From Eledone cirrhosa (lineage: Eukaryota): a stretch of DNA of 64,000 nucleotides. Location: assembly GCA_964016885.1 (NCBI GenBank), contig OZ024740.1, forward strand, positions 35,216,001-35,280,000. Reading direction: 5' to 3'. The notes beneath the pieces were generated by a model. That model was not told the DNA's origin. It ran no database searches and was given only the letters and a program-made list of their open reading frames with translations. Within the stretch, counting starts at the first letter, position 1. Each line of letters opens with the position of its first letter. A program made the position numbers and the translations under genes. Below are positions 1 to 17,865 of the stretch, in pieces.

Positions 1-3000
1 TACACCACTCTCAATCCCTGATATAAACACTACACCACTCTCTATCCCTGATATAAACACTACACCACTCTCTATCCCTTATATAAACACTACACCACTC
101 TCTATCCCTGATATAAAAACCACACCACTCTCTATCCCTGATATAAACACTACATCACTCTTTACTCCTGATATAAACACATCACTCTTAACTCCTGATA
201 TAAACGCTACACCACTCTCTATTCCTGATATAAACACTACACCAGTGGCTATCCCTGATATAAACACTACATCATTCTCTATCCCTGATATAAACATAAC
301 ACGACTCTCTCTTCCTGATATAAACACTACACCACTCTCTATCTTTGATATAAACACTACACCACTCTTTATTCCTGATATAAAACCTACACCACTCTTT
401 ATTCCTGATATACACACTACATCACTCTCTATCCCTGATATAAACAATACACCGCTCTCTATTGCTGATATAAACACTATATCATTCTTTACTCCTGATA
501 TAGACACTACACCACTCTCTATCCTGACATAAATACTATACCGCTCTCTATCTCTGATATAAACACTACACCACTCTCTATTCCTGATATAAGCACTACA
601 TCACTCTCTATCCCTGATATAAACAATACATCACTCTCTATCCCTGATATAAACACTACAGCGCTCTCTATTCCTGACATAAACACTAGATCACTCTCTA
701 TCCCTGACATATATACTACAATCCTCTTTATTCCTGATATAAGCACTACACCACTCTCTATCACTGATATTAACACTACACCAGTCTCTATTCCTGACAT
801 AGACACTACACCAATCTCTATCCCAGATATAAACACTACACCACTCTCTATTCCTGATATAAATACTTCATCACTCTCCATTCCTGATATAAACACTACA
901 CCTCTCGTTAATCTTTATATAAACACTACACCACTCTTTATTCCTGATATAAACACTACTCCACTCTCTATCCCTGATATAAAAACTACACCACTCTCTA
1001 TCCCTGATATAAACACTACACCGCTCTCTATACCTGATATAAACGCTACACCACTCTCGATCCCTGATATAAACACAATGTCACGCTCTAGCCCTGATAT
1101 GAACACTACACCACTCTCTATCCCCGATATAAAAACGATACCACTCTCTATCCCTGATATAAACACTACATCATTCTTTATTCCTGAAATAAACAGTACA
1201 CCATTCTCTATCCATGATGTAAAGACTACACCACTCGTTACTCCTGATATAAACACAACACCACTCTTTATTCCTGATATAAACACAACACCACTCTTTA
1301 TTCCTGATATAAACACAACACCACTCTTTATTCCTGATATAAACACAACACCACTCTTTATTCCTGATATAAACACTACACCACTCTGTATCCATGATAT
1401 AAACGCTACACCACTCTCTATTCCTGATATAAACACTACACCACTCTCTATCCCTGATATAAACGCTACACCACTCTCTATTCCTGATATAAACACTACA
1501 CCAGTGGATATCCCTGATATAAACACTACATCACTCTCTATCCCTGATATAAAGACTACACCACTCTCTATTCCTGATATAAACACTACACCACACTTTA
1601 TTCCTGATATAAACACTACATCACTCTCCCTCCCTGATATAAACACTACACCACTCTCTATCCCCGATATAAAAACGATACCACTCTCTATCTCTGATAT
1701 AAACACTACACCACTCTTTACTCCTGAAATAAATGCTACACCACTCTCCATTCCTGATATAAAGAGCACATCACTCTTTACTCCTGATATGAACACTACA
1801 CCACTCTTTTTTCCTGATATAAACACTACACCACTCTTTATCCCTGATATAAACGCTACACCACTCTCTATTCCTGATATAAACACTACACCACTCTTTA
1901 TCCCTGATATAAACGCTACCCCACTCTCTATTCCTGATATAAACACTAAACCACTCTCTATCCCTGATATAAAAGCTACACCACTCTCTATTCCTGATAT
2001 AAACACTATACCAGTCTCTATCCTTGATATAAACGCTACACCACTCTCTATTCCTGATATAAAGACCACATCACACTTTACTCCTGATATAAACACTACA
2101 CCACTCTTTATTCCTGATATAAACATTACATCAGTTTTTATTCCTGATATAAAGACCACATCACTCTCTATTCCTGATATAAACACTACACCGCTCTCTA
2201 TTGCTGATATAAACACTCTATCATTCTTTACTCCTGATATAGACACTACACCACTCTCTATCCCTGATATAAATACTATACCGCTCTCTATCCCTGATAT
2301 AAACACTATACCACTCTCTATTCCTGATATAAACACTTCCTCACTCTCTATCCCTGATATAAACAATACACCACTTTTTACTCCTGATATAAACACTAAC
2401 ACTACTCTCTATCACTGATATAAACACTATACCATTCTCTATCCCTGATATAAACACTACACAACTTTCTATCACTATATAAACACTACACCACTCTCTA
2501 TCCCTGATATAAACACTACAATACTCTCTATCCCTGATATAAACACTACACCGCTCTCTATCACTGATATAAACACTAGATTACTCTCTATCCCTGATAT
2601 ATATACTACAATCCTCTTTATTCCTGATATAAACACTACACCATCCCTAACCCTGATATAAATACTACACCACTCTCTATCACTGATATAAACACTACAG
2701 CACTCTCTATCCTTGATATAAACACTACACCACTCTCTATCCCTGATATAAACATTACAACACTCTCTATCCCTGATATAAACACTACACTACTCTCTAT
2801 CCCTGATATAAACATTACACCACTCTCTATCCCTGATATAAACACTACACCACTCTCTATCCCTGATATAAACATTACAGCACACTCTATCCCTGATATA
2901 AAAACTACACCACTCTCTATCCCTGATATAAACACTACACCACTCTCTATTCTGATATAAACACTACACCACTCTCTATCCCTGATATAAACATTACACC

Positions 3001-6000
3001 ACTCTCTATCCCTGATATAAACACTACACCACTCTCTATCCCTGATATAAACATTACAGCACTCTCTATCCCTGATATAAAAACTACACCACTCTCTATC
3101 CCTGATATAAACACTACACCACTCTTTATTCCTGATATAAACACTACACAGCTCTTTATTCCTAATATAAACACTACATCACTCTCCATCCCTGATATAA
3201 ACACTACACCGCTCTCTATTGCTGATATAAACACTATATCATTCTTTACTCCTGATATAGACACTACACCACTCTCTATCCCTGATATGAATACTATACC
3301 GCTCTCTATCCCTGATATAAACACTACACCACTCTCTAATCCTGATATAAACAATACATCACTCTCTATCCATGATATAAACACTAAACCACTCTCTATC
3401 CCTGATATACACACTACACCGCTCTCTATTCCTGATATAAACACTAGATCACTCTCTATCCCTGATATATATACTAAAATCCTCTTTATTCCTGATATAA
3501 GCACTACACCGCTCTCTATTGCTGATATAAACACTATATCATTCTTTACTCCTGATATAGACACTACACCACTCTCTATCCCTGATATAAATACTATACC
3601 GCTCTCTATCCCTGATATAAACACTATACCACTCTCTATTCCTGATATAAACACTTCCTCACTCTCTATCCCTGATATAAACAATACACCACTTTTTACT
3701 CCTGATATAAACACTAACACTACTCTCTATCACTGATATAAACACTATACCATTCTCTATCCCTGATATAAACACTACACAACTTTCTATCACTATATAA
3801 ACACTACACCACTCTCTATCCCTGATATAAACACTACAATACTCTCTATCCCTGATATAAACACTACACCGCTCTCTATCACTGATATAAACACTAGATT
3901 ACTCTCTATCCCTGATATATATACTACAATCCTCTTTATTCCTGATATAAACACTACAACATCCCTAACCCTGATATAAATACTACACCACTCTCTATCA
4001 CTGATATAAACACTACAGCACTCTCTATCCTTGATATAAACACTACACCACTCTCTATCCCTGATATAAACATTACAACACTCTCTATCCCTGATATAAA
4101 CACTACACTACTCTCTATCCCTGATATAAACATTACACCACTCTCTATCCCTGATATAAACACTACACCACTCTCTATCCCTGATATAAACATTACAGCA
4201 CTCTCTATCCCTGATATAAAAACTACACCACTCTCTATCCCTGATATAAACACTACACCACTCTCTATTCTGATATAAACACTACACCACTCTCTATCCC
4301 TGATATAAACATTACACCACTCTCTATCCCTGATATAAACACTACACCACTCTCTATCCCTGATATAAACATTACAGCACTCTCTATCCCTGATATAAAA
4401 ACTACACCACTCTCTATCCCTGATATAAACACTACACCACTCTTTATTCCTGATATAAACACTACACAGCTCTTTATTCCTAATATAAACACTACATCAC
4501 TCTCCATCCCTGATATAAACACTACACCGCTCTCTATTGCTGATATAAACACTATATCATTCTTTACTCCTGATATAGACACTACACCACTCTCTATCCC
4601 TGATATGAATACTATACCGCTCTCTATCCCTGATATAAACACTACACCACTCTCTAATCCTGATATAAACAATACATCACTCTCTATCCCTGATATAAAC
4701 ACTAAACCACTCTCTATCCCTGATATACACACTACACCGCTCTCTATTCCTGATATAAACACTAGATCACTCTCTATCCCTGATATATATACTAAAATCC
4801 TCTTTATTCCTGATATAAGCAGTACACCGCTCTCTATTGCTGATATAAACACTATATCATTCTTTACTGCTGATATAGACACTACACCACTCTCTATCCC
4901 TGATATAAATACTACACCACGCGTTACTCTTTATATAAACACTAGGCCACTCTTTATTCCTGATATAAACATTACACCACTCTCTATCCCTGATATAAAC
5001 ACTACACCACTCTCTATCCCTGATATAAACACGACACATCTCGTTACTCCTGATATAAACACTACACCACACTTTATTCCTGATATAAACACTACACCAC
5101 TCTTTATTCCTGATATAAACACTACACCACTCTCTATCCCTGATATAAACACTACACCGCACTCTATTCCTGATATAAACACTACACCACTCTCTATCCC
5201 TGATATAAACACGACACATCTCGTTACTCCTGATATAAACACTACACCACTCTTTATTCCTGATATAAACAGTACACCACTCTCTATCCCTGATATAAAA
5301 ACGATACCACTCTTTACTCCTGGTATAAACATTACAGCACTCTTTATTCCTGATATAAACAGTACACCACTCTCTATCCCTGATGTAAAGATTACACCAC
5401 TTTTTATTCCTGATATAAAGATAACACCACTCTTTATCAATGATATAAACGCTACACCACTCTCTATTCCTGATATAAATACTACACCACTCTCTATCCT
5501 TGATATAAACGCTACACCACTCTCTATCCCTGATATGAACATTACACCACTCTCTATTCCTGATATAAAGAACACATCACTCTTTACTCCTGATATAAAC
5601 ATTACACCACATTGTATCCCTGATATAAACATTACACCACTCTTTATCCCTGATATAATCACTACACCACTCTCTATCCCTGATATAAACAATACACTAC
5701 TCTCTATCCCTGATATAAACACTACACCACTCTCTATTCCGATATAAACACTACACCACTCTCTATCCCTGATATAAAGACCACATCACTCTCTTTTCCT
5801 GATATAATAACTACACAACTCTCTATCCCTGATATAAACACTACACCACTCTCTATTCTGATATAAACACTACAACACTCTCTATCCCTATATAAAGACT
5901 ACACCACTCTCTATTCCTGATATAAACACTACACAACTCTCTATCCCTGATACAAACACGACAACACTGTCTATCCCTATATAACCACTACACCACTCTC

Positions 6001-9000
6001 TATCCCTGATATAAACACTACAACACTCTCTATCATTGATATAAACATTACACCACTCACTATCCCTGATATAAACATTACACCACTCTCTATACCTGAT
6101 ATAAACACTACACCACTCTCTATGCCTGATATAAACACTACACCACTCTCTATACCTGATATAAACACTACACCACTCTCTATCCCTGATATAAACACTA
6201 CATCACTCTCTATCCCTGATATAAACATTACACCACTCTCTACCCCTGATATAATCACTACACCACTCTCTATCCTTGATATAAACACTACATCACTCAC
6301 TATTCCTGATATAAAGACCACATCACTCTCTATCCCTGATATAAACTTGACATCACTCTCTTTTCGTGATATAATCACTACACAACTCTCTATCCCTGAT
6401 ATAATCACTACATCACTCTTTACTCCTGATATAAACACTACATCCCTCTCTATCCCTGATATAGACACTACACCACTCTCTATCTCTGATACAAACACTA
6501 CACCACTCTCTATCCCTGATATAAACGCTACACCACTCTCTATTCCTGATATAAACACTACACCAGTGGATATCCCTGATATAAACACTACATCACTCTC
6601 TATCCCTGATATAAACACTACACCACTCTCTATTCTGATATAAACGCTACACCACTCTCTCTTCCTGATATAAACACTACATCACTCTTTATTCCTGATA
6701 TAAACACTACACCACACTTTATTCCTGATATAAACACTACATCACTCTCCATCCCTGATATAACCACTACACCGCTCTCTATTGCTGATATTAACACGAT
6801 ATCATTTTTACCTCTATCCCTGATATAAACACTACACCACTCTCTATTCTGATATAAACGCTACACCACTCTCTCTTCCTGATATTAACACTACACCACT
6901 CTCTATCACTGATATTAACACTACACCACTCTCGATCCCTGATATAAACACTACACCACTCTCTCTTCCTGATATAAACACTACACCACTCTCTTTCTTT
7001 GATATAAACACTACACCACTCTTCATTCCTGATATAAACACTACACCGCTCTCTATTCCTGATCTAAACACTTCATCACTCTCAATTCCTGATATAAACA
7101 CTACACCTCTCGTTACTCTTTATATAAACACTACACCACTCTTTATTCCTGATATAAACACTACACCACTCTGTATCCCTGATATAAACACTACACCACT
7201 CTCCATCCCTGATATAAACACTACACCACACTCGATCCCTGATATAAACACTATGTTACTCTCTATCCCTGATATAAAAACTACACCACTCTCTATCCGC
7301 GATATCAAAACGATACCACTCTCTATCCCTGATATAAACACCACGCCACTCTCTATCCTTTATATAAACACTACATCACTCTCTATCACTGATATTGACA
7401 ATAAACGACTCTCTATTCCTGATATAAACACTACACAACTCTCTATCCCTGATACAAACACGACAACACTCTCTATCCCTATATAAACACTACACCACTC
7501 TCTATCCCTGATATAAAGACTACAACACTCTCTATCCTTGATATAAACACTACACCACTCTCTATCACTGATATTAACACTACACCACACTTTACTCCTG
7601 ATATAAACACTACACCACTCTCTATCCCTGATATATACACTACACCACTCTCTATCACTGATATTAACACTACACCACTCTCTATCACTGATATTAACAC
7701 TACACCACTCTCGATTCCTGAGATAACCACTACACCACTCTCTATCCCTGATATAAACATTACACCACTCTCTAAACCTGATATAAACACTACACCACTC
7801 TCTATCCCTGATATAAACATTACACCACTCTCTATACCTGATATGAACATTACACCACTCTCTATCCCTGATATAAACATTACACCACTCTCTACCCCTG
7901 ATATAATCACTACACCACTCTCTATCCTTGATATAAACACTACATCACTCTCTATTCCTGATATAAAGAATACATCACTCTCTATCCCTGATATAAACTT
8001 GACATCACTCTCTTTTCCTGATATAATCACTACACAACTCTCTATCCATGATATAATCACTACATCACTCTTTACTCCTGATATATACACTACATCCCTC
8101 TCTATCCCTGATATAGACAATACACCACTCTCTATCTCTTATACAAACACTACACCACTCTCTATCCCTGATATAAACGCTACACCACTCTCTATTCTGA
8201 TATAAACGCTACACCACTCTCTCTTCCTGATATAAACACTACATCACTCTTTATTCCTGATATAAACACTACACCACACTTTATTCCTGATATAAACACT
8301 ACATCACTCTCCATCCCTGATATAAACACTACACCGCTCTCTATTCTGATATAAACACTACATCACTCTCTATCCCTGATATAAACACTACACTACTCTC
8401 TATCCCTGATATAAACACGACACCTCTCGTTACTCCTGATATAAACACTACACCACTCTTTATTCCTGATATAAACACTACACCGCACTCTATTCCTGAT
8501 ATAAACACTACATCACTCTCTATTCTGATATAAACGCTACACCACTCTCTCTTCCTGATATAAACACTACATCACTCTTTATTCCTGATATAAACACTAC
8601 ACCACACTTTATTCCTGATATAAACACTACACCGCTCTCTATTCTGATATAAACGCTACACCACTCTCTCTTCCTGATATTAACACTACACCACTCTCTA
8701 TCACTGACATTAACACTACACCACTCTCGATCCCTGATATAAACACTACACCACTCTCTATCCCTGATATAAACACTACACCACTCTCTATCACTGATAT
8801 TAACACTACACCACTCTCTATCACTGATATTAACACTACACCACTCTCTATCACTGATATTAACACTACCCCACTCTCTATCCCTGATATAAACTATACA
8901 TCACTCTCTTTTCCTGATATAATCACTACACAACTCTCTATCCCTGATATAATCACTACATCACTCTTTACTCCTGATATAAACACTACTTCACACTTAA

Positions 9001-12000
9001 CTCCTGATATAAACACTACATCCCTCTCTATCCCTGATATAGACACTACACCACTCTCTATCTCTGATACAAACACTACACCACTCTCTATCCCTGATAT
9101 AAACGCTACACCACTCTCTATTCCTGATATAAACACTACACCAGTGGATATCCCTGATATAAACACTACATCACTCTCTATCCCTGATATAAAGACTACA
9201 CCACTCTCTATTCCTGATATAAACACTACACCACACTTTATTCCTGATATAAACACTACATCACTCTCCCTCCCTGATATAAACACTACACCACTCTCTA
9301 TCCCCGATATAAAAACGATACCACTCTCTATCCCTGATATAAACACTACTCCACTCTTTACTCCTGAAATAAATGCTACACCACTCTCCATTCCTGATAT
9401 AAAGAGCACATCACTCTTTACTCCTGATATGAACACTACACCTCTCTTTTTTCCTGATATAAACACTACACCACTCTTTATCCCTGATATAAACGCTACA
9501 CCACCCTCTATTCCTGATATAAACACTACACCACTCTTTATCCCTGATATAAACGCTACCCCACTCTCTATTCCTGATATAAACACTAAACCACTCTCTA
9601 TCCCTGATATAAAAGCTACACCACTCTCTATTCCTGATATAAACACTATACCAGTCTCTATCCTTGATATAAACGCTACACCACTCTCTATTCCTGATAT
9701 AAAGACCACATCACACTTTACTCCTGATATAAACACTACACCACTCTCTATTGCTGATATAAACACTCTATCATTCTTTACTCCTGATATAGACACTACA
9801 CCACTCTCTATCCCTGATATAAATACTATACCGCTCTCTCTCCCTGATATAAACACTATACCACTCTCTATTCCTGATATAAACACTTCCTCACTCTCTA
9901 TCCCTGATATAAACAATACACCACTTTTTACTCCTGATATAAACACTAACACTACTCTCTATCACTGATATAAACACTATACCATTCTCTATCCCTGATA
10001 TAAACACTACACAACTTTCTATCACTATATAAACACTACACCACTCTCTATCCCTGATATAAACACTACAATACTCTCTATCCCTGATATAAACACTACA
10101 CCGCTCTCTATCACTGATATAAACACTAGATTACTCTCTATCCCTGATATATATACTACAATCCTCTTTATTCCTGATATAAACACTACACCATCCCTAA
10201 CCCTGATATAAATACTACACCACTCTCTATCACTGATATAAACACTACACCACTCTCTATTCCTGATATAAACAATACACCACTCTCTATCCCTGATATA
10301 AACATTACAACACTCTCTATCCCTGATATAAACACTACACTACTCTCTATCCCTGATATAAACATTACACCACTCTCTATCCCTGATATAAACACTACAC
10401 CACTCTCTATCCCTGATATAAACACTACAACACTCTCTATCCCTATATAAACACTACACCACTCTCTATCCCTAATATAAACATTAAACACTCTCTATCC
10501 CTGATATAAACACTACAACATGCTCTATCCCTGATATAAACACTACACCACTCTCTATCCCTGATATAAACACTACACCACTCCCTATCCTTGATATAAA
10601 CACTACAACACTCTCTATCCCTGATATAAACACTACAACACTCTCTATCACTGATATAAACACCACGCCACTCTCTATCCCTTATACAAACACTACACCA
10701 CTCTCTATCACTGATATTGACACTAAACGACTCTCTATTCCTGATATAAACACTACACCACTCTCTATTCCTCATATAAACACTACACCACTCTTTATTC
10801 CTGATATAAACACTACAACACTCTATCACTGATATTGACACTGAACGACTCTCTATCCCGGATATAAACACTAGACCACTCTCTATCCCTGATATAAACA
10901 CTACACCACACTCTATCACTGATATAAACACTACACCACTCTTTACTCCTGATATAAACACTACACCACTCTCTATCCCTGATATAAACACTACACCACT
11001 CTCTATCACAGATATTAACACTACACCACTCTCTATCACTGATGTTAACAATACACCACGCTCGATCCCTGATATAAACACTACACCAATCTCTATCCCT
11101 TATTTAAACACTATGTCATTCTCTATCCCTGATATAGACACTATACCACTCTCTATCCCTGATATAAACACTACACCGCTCTCTATTCCTGATATAAACA
11201 CTTCATCACTCTCCATTCCTGATGTAAACACTACACCTCTCGTTACTCTTTATATAATCACTACACCACACTTTATTCCTGGTATAAACACTACACCGCT
11301 CTCTATCGATGATATAAACACTACACCACTCTCTATCCCTGATATAAACACTACACCTCTCGTTACTCCTGATATAAACACTACAACACTCTTTATTCTT
11401 GATATAAACACTACACCACTCTCTATCCCTGATATAAACACTACACCACTCTCTATCCCTGATATAAACACTACACCACTCTTTACTCCTGATATAAACA
11501 CTACACCACTCATTATTCCTGAAATAAACACTACACCACTCTCTATCCCTGATGTAAAGACTACACCACTCGTTACTCCTGATATAAACACTACACCACT
11601 CTTTATTCCTGGTATAAACACTACACCACTCTCTATTCCTGATATAAACACTACACCACTCTCTATCCTTGATAGAAACGCTACATCACTCTCTATTCAT
11701 GATATAAAGACCACATAACTCTTTACTCCTGATATAAACACTACAACACTTTCGATCCCTGATATAAACACTACACCGCTCTCTATTCCTGATATAAACA
11801 CTAGAATACTCTCTATCCGTGATATATATACTACAATCCTCTTTATTCCTGATATAAACACTTCACCACTCCCTATCCCTGATATAAATACTACACCAAA
11901 CTCTATCACTGATATTAACACTACACCACTCTCTATCCCTGATATAAACACTATGTCACTCTCTATCCCTGATATAGACACTACACCACTCTCTATCCCT

Positions 12001-15000
12001 GATATAAACACTACACCGCTCTCTAATCCTGATATAAACACTTCATCACTCGCCATTCCTGATATAAACACTACACCTCTCGTTACTCTTTATATAATCA
12101 TACACCACTCTTTATTCCTGGTATAAACACTACACCACTCTCTATCCCTGATATAAACACTACACCAGTCTCTTTCCCTGATATAAACACTACACCTCTC
12201 GTTACTCCTGATATAAACACTACACCACTCTTTATTCCTGATATAAACACTACACCACTCTCTATCCCTGATATAAACACTACACCGCACTCTATTCCTG
12301 ATATAAGCACTACACCACTCTCCCATCCCGGATATAAACACTACACCACTCATTATTCCTGAAATAAACACTACACCACTCTCTAACCCTGATGTAAAGA
12401 CTACACCACTCGTTTCTCCTGATATAAGCACTACACCACTCTCTATCCCTGATATAAACACTACACCACTCTATATCTGATATAAACACTACACCACTCA
12501 CTATGCTTGATATAAACGCTACACCACTCTCTATTCCTGATATAATGACCACATCACTCTTTTCTCCTGATATAAACACTACACCACTCTCTATCCCTGA
12601 TATAAAAACTACACCACTCTTACTCCTGATATAAACACTACACCACTCTTTATTCCTGGTATAAACGCTACACCACTCTCTATTTCTGATATAAACACTA
12701 CACCACTCTCTATCCTTGATATAAACGCTACATCACTCTCTATTCCTGATATAAAGACCATATCACACTTTACTCCTGATATAAACACTACACCACTCTT
12801 ACTCCTGATATGAACACTACACCACTCTTACTCCTGATATAAACACTACACCACTCTTACTCCTGATATAAACACTACACCACTCTTTATTCCTGGTATA
12901 AACGCTACACCACTCTCTATCAGCGATATTAACACTACACCACTCTCGATCCCTGATATAAACACTACATCACTCTCTATGCCTGATATAAACACTACAC
13001 CATTCTCTATTTTTGATATAAACACTAGATTACTCTCTGTCCGTGATATATATACTACAATCCTCTTTATTCCTGATATAAACACTACACCACTCCCTAT
13101 CCCTGATATAAATACTACACCACTCTCTATCACTGATATTAACACTACACCACTCCCTATCCCTGATATAAACACGACACATCTCGTTACTCCTGATATA
13201 AACACTACACCACTCTTTATTCCTGATATAAACACTACACCACTCTCTATTCCTGATATAAACACCACACCGCACTCTATTCCTTATATAAACAATACAT
13301 AACTCTCTATCCCTGATATAAACGCTACACCACTTTCGAACCCTGATATAAACACTATGTCACTCTCTATCACTGATATTAACACTCCACCACTCTCTAT
13401 CCCTGATATAAAATCTACACCACTCTTTACTCCTGATATAAACACTACACTACTCCCTATCCCTGATATAAACACTACACCACTCTCTATCCCTGTTATA
13501 AACAATACACCACTCTCTATCCCTGATATAAGCATTACACTACACTCTATCCCTGATATAAACAGTACACCGCTCTCTATTCCTGATATAAACACTAGAT
13601 TACTCTCTATCCGTGATATATATACTACAATCCACTTTATTCCTGATATAAACACTACACCACTCCCTATCCCTGATATAAATACTACACCACTCTCTAT
13701 CACTGATATAACCACTACACCACTCTCTATCCTTGATATAAATACTACACCACTCTCTATCCCTGATATAAACACTACACCACTCTCTATCCCAGATATA
13801 AACACTACACCACTCTCTATCCCAGATATAAACACTATATCACTCGCTATCCCTGATATAAACACTACCTCACTCTCTATCCCTGATATAAACACTACAT
13901 CACTCTGTATCCCTGATATAAACACTATATCACTCTCTATCCCTGATATATACACTACACCACTCTCTATCCCTGATATAAACACTACACCACTCTCTAT
14001 TCCTGATATAAAAACTACACCTCTCGTTACTCCTGATATAAACACTACACCACTCTCTATCCCTGATATAAACACTACACCACTCTCTATCCCTGATATA
14101 AAGACTACACCACTCTCTATCCCTGATATAAACGCTACACCACTCTCTATTTCTGATATAAACACTACACCACTCTCTATCCCTGATATAAGCACTACAC
14201 CACTCTTTATCCCTGATATAAACACTACACCACTCTCTATCCCTGATATAAACACTACACCACTCTTTATTCCTGAAATAAACAATACACCACTCTCTAT
14301 CCCTGATGTAAAGACTACACCACTCGTTACACCTGATATAAACACTACACTACTCTTTATTCCTGATATAAACACTACACCACACGTTATCTCTGATATA
14401 AACGCTACAACTCTCTCTGTTCCTGATATAAACACAACACCACTCTCTATCCCTTATATAAACGCTACACCACTCTCTATTCATGATATAAACACTACAC
14501 CACTCTCTATCCTTGATATAAACGCTACACCACTCTCTATTCCTGATATAAAGACCACATCACTCTTTACTCCTGATATACACACTACACCACTTTTTAT
14601 TCCTGATATAGACAGTACATCACTTTTTATTCCTGATATAAACACCACATCACTCTCCATCCCTGATATAAACACTACACCGCTCTCTATTGCTGATATA
14701 AACACTATATCATCCTTTACCCCTGATATAGACACTACACCACTCTCTATCCCTGATATAAATACTATATCACTCTCTATCCCTGATATAAACAATACAC
14801 TACTCTCTAATCCTGATATAAACACTACATCACTCTCTATCCCTGATATAAACACTACACCACTCTTTACTCCTGATATAAACACTACACTACTCTCTAT
14901 CCCAGATACAAACACTACACCACTCTCTATCCCTGATATAAACACTACACCGCTCTCTATTCCTGATATAGACACTAGTTTACTCTCTATCCGTGATATA

Positions 15001-17865
15001 TATACTACAATCCTCTTTATTCCTGATATAAACACTACACCACTCCCTATCCTTGTTATAAATACTACACCACTCTGTATCCCTGATATAAACAGTACAC
15101 CACTCTCTATTGCTGATATAAACACTACACCGCTCTCTATTCCTGATATAAACACTACACCTCTCGTTACTCCTGATACAAACACTACACCACTCTTTAT
15201 TCCTGATATAAACACTACACCAGTCTCTATCCCTGATATAATCACTACACCACTCTCTATCCCTGATATAAACACTACACCACTCTCTATACCTCTTATA
15301 TACACTACACTACACTTTACTCCTGATATAAAAACTACACCATTCGTTACTCCTGATATAAACACTACACCACTCTCTATCTCTGATGTAAACGCTACAC
15401 CACTCTTTATTCCTGATATAAACACTACACCACTCCCTATCCTTGATATAAACAGTACACCGCTCTCTATTCCTGATATAAACACTAGATTACTCTCCAT
15501 CCGTGATATATATACTACAATCCACTTTATTCCTGATATAAACACTACACTACTCTCTATCACTGATATAAACACTACACCACTCTCTATCCTTGATATA
15601 ATTACTACACCACTCTCTATCCCTGATATAAACACCACGCCACTCTCTATCCCTGATATAAACACTACACCACTCTCTATCCCTGATATTAACACTACAC
15701 CACTCTCTATCCCTGATATAAACACTACACCACTCTCTATCCCTGATATAAACACTACACCACTCTCTATCCCTGATATTAACACTACACCACTCTCTAT
15801 CCCTGATATAAACACCACGCCACTCTCTATCCCTGATATAAACACTACACCACTCTCTATCCCTGATATAAACACTACACCACTCTCTATCCCTGATATA
15901 AACACTACACCACTCTCTATCCCTGATATAAACACTACATCACTCTGTATCCCTGATATAAACACTATGTCACTCTCTATCCCTTATATATACACTACAC
16001 CACTCTCTATCTCTGATATAAACATTACACCGCTCTCTATTCCTGATATAATAACTACACCTCTCGTTACTCCTGATATAAACACTACACCACTCTCTAT
16101 CCCTGATATAAACGCTACACCACTCTCTAATTCTGATATAAACACTACACCACTCTCTATCCCTGATATAAACACTACACCACTCTGTATCCCTGATATA
16201 AACACTACACCACTCTCTATCCCTGATATAAACACTACACCACTCTCTATCCCTGATATAAACACTACACCACTCTTTATTCCTGATAAAAACACTACAC
16301 CACTCTTTGTCCCTGATATAGACGCTACACCACTCTCTATTCCTGATAGAAACATTACACCACTCTCTATCTCTGATATAACCGCTACACCACTCTCTAT
16401 TCCTGATAGAAACACTACACCACTCTCCATCTCTTATATTAACACTACACCACTCTCTATCACTGACATAAACACTACACCACTCTCTATCCCTTATATA
16501 AACACTACACCACTCTCTATCCCTGATATAAACACTACTCCACTCTTCATCACTGATATGAACACTACACCACTCTCTATCACTGACATTAACACTACAC
16601 CACTCTCTATCCCTGATATAAACACTACAACACTCTCTATCACTGATATGAATATTACACCACTCTCTATCCCTTATATAAACACTACACCACTCTCTAT
16701 CCCTGATATAAACACTACACCACTCTCTATGCCTGATATAAACAGTACACCACTCTCTATCCCTGATATAAACAGTACATCACTCTCTATCACTGATATT
16801 GACACTAAACGACTCTCTATCCCTGATATAAACACTACACCACTCTCTATCCCTGATATAAACACTACATCACTCTCTATCCCTATATAAACAATACACC
16901 ACTCTCTATTCCTGATATAAACACTACATCACTCTCTATCCCTGATATAAGCACCACACCACTCTCTATCCCTGATATAGTCACTACACCACTCTCTATC
17001 ACTGATATTAACACTACACCACTCTCTATCCCTTATATAAACACTACACCACTCTCTATTCCTGATATAAACACTACAACACTCTCTATCCCTGATATAG
17101 TCACTACACCACTCTCTATCCCTGATATAAACACTACATCACTCTCTATCCCTGATATAGTCACTACACCACTCTCTATCCCTGATATAAACACTACACC
17201 ACTCTCTATCCCTGATATAAACACTACATCACTCTCTATCCCTGATATAGTCACTACACCACTCTCTATCCCTGATATAAACACTACACCACTCTCTATC
17301 CCTGATATAAACACTACATCACTCTCTATCCCTGATATAAACACTACACCACTCTCTATCCCTGATATAAACACTACATCACTCTCTATCCCTGATATAA
17401 ACACTACACCACTCTCTATCCCTGATATAGTCACTACACCACTCTCTATCACTGATATTAACACTACACCACTCTCTATCCCTGATATAAACACTACACC
17501 ACTCTCTATCCCTGATATAACCACCACACCACTCTCTATCCCTGATATAAACACTACACCACTCTCTATCTCTGATATAAACACTACACCACTCTCTATC
17601 CCTGATATAAACACTACACCACACTCTATCACTGACATTAACACTACACCACTCTCTATCCCTGATATAAACACTACACCACTTTCTGTCACTGATATAA
17701 ACACCACACCACTCTCTATCCCTGATATAAACACTACACCACTCTCTATCCCTGATATAAACACTACACCACTCTCTATCCCTTATATAAACACTACACC
17801 ACTCTTTATCCCTGATATAACCACCACACCACTCGCTATCCCTGATATAAACTCTGCATCAATCT
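1..17865. repeat. 30-bp tandem satellite, consensus CCACTCTCTATCCCTGATATAAACACTACA, ~595 monomers, running off the left edge
   Basis: Direct 30-nt periodicity with frequent point variants and occasional 1-3 nt indels. It decays at ~17850-17865. Confidence 0.98.

Noticed and set aside
79-17764. Dozens of ORFs encoding (SGIESGVVFI)n or (TTPLSIPDIN)n
   Set aside because: They follow from a 30-nt unit with stop-free frames on both strands. Indels are frequent and there are no unique termini.
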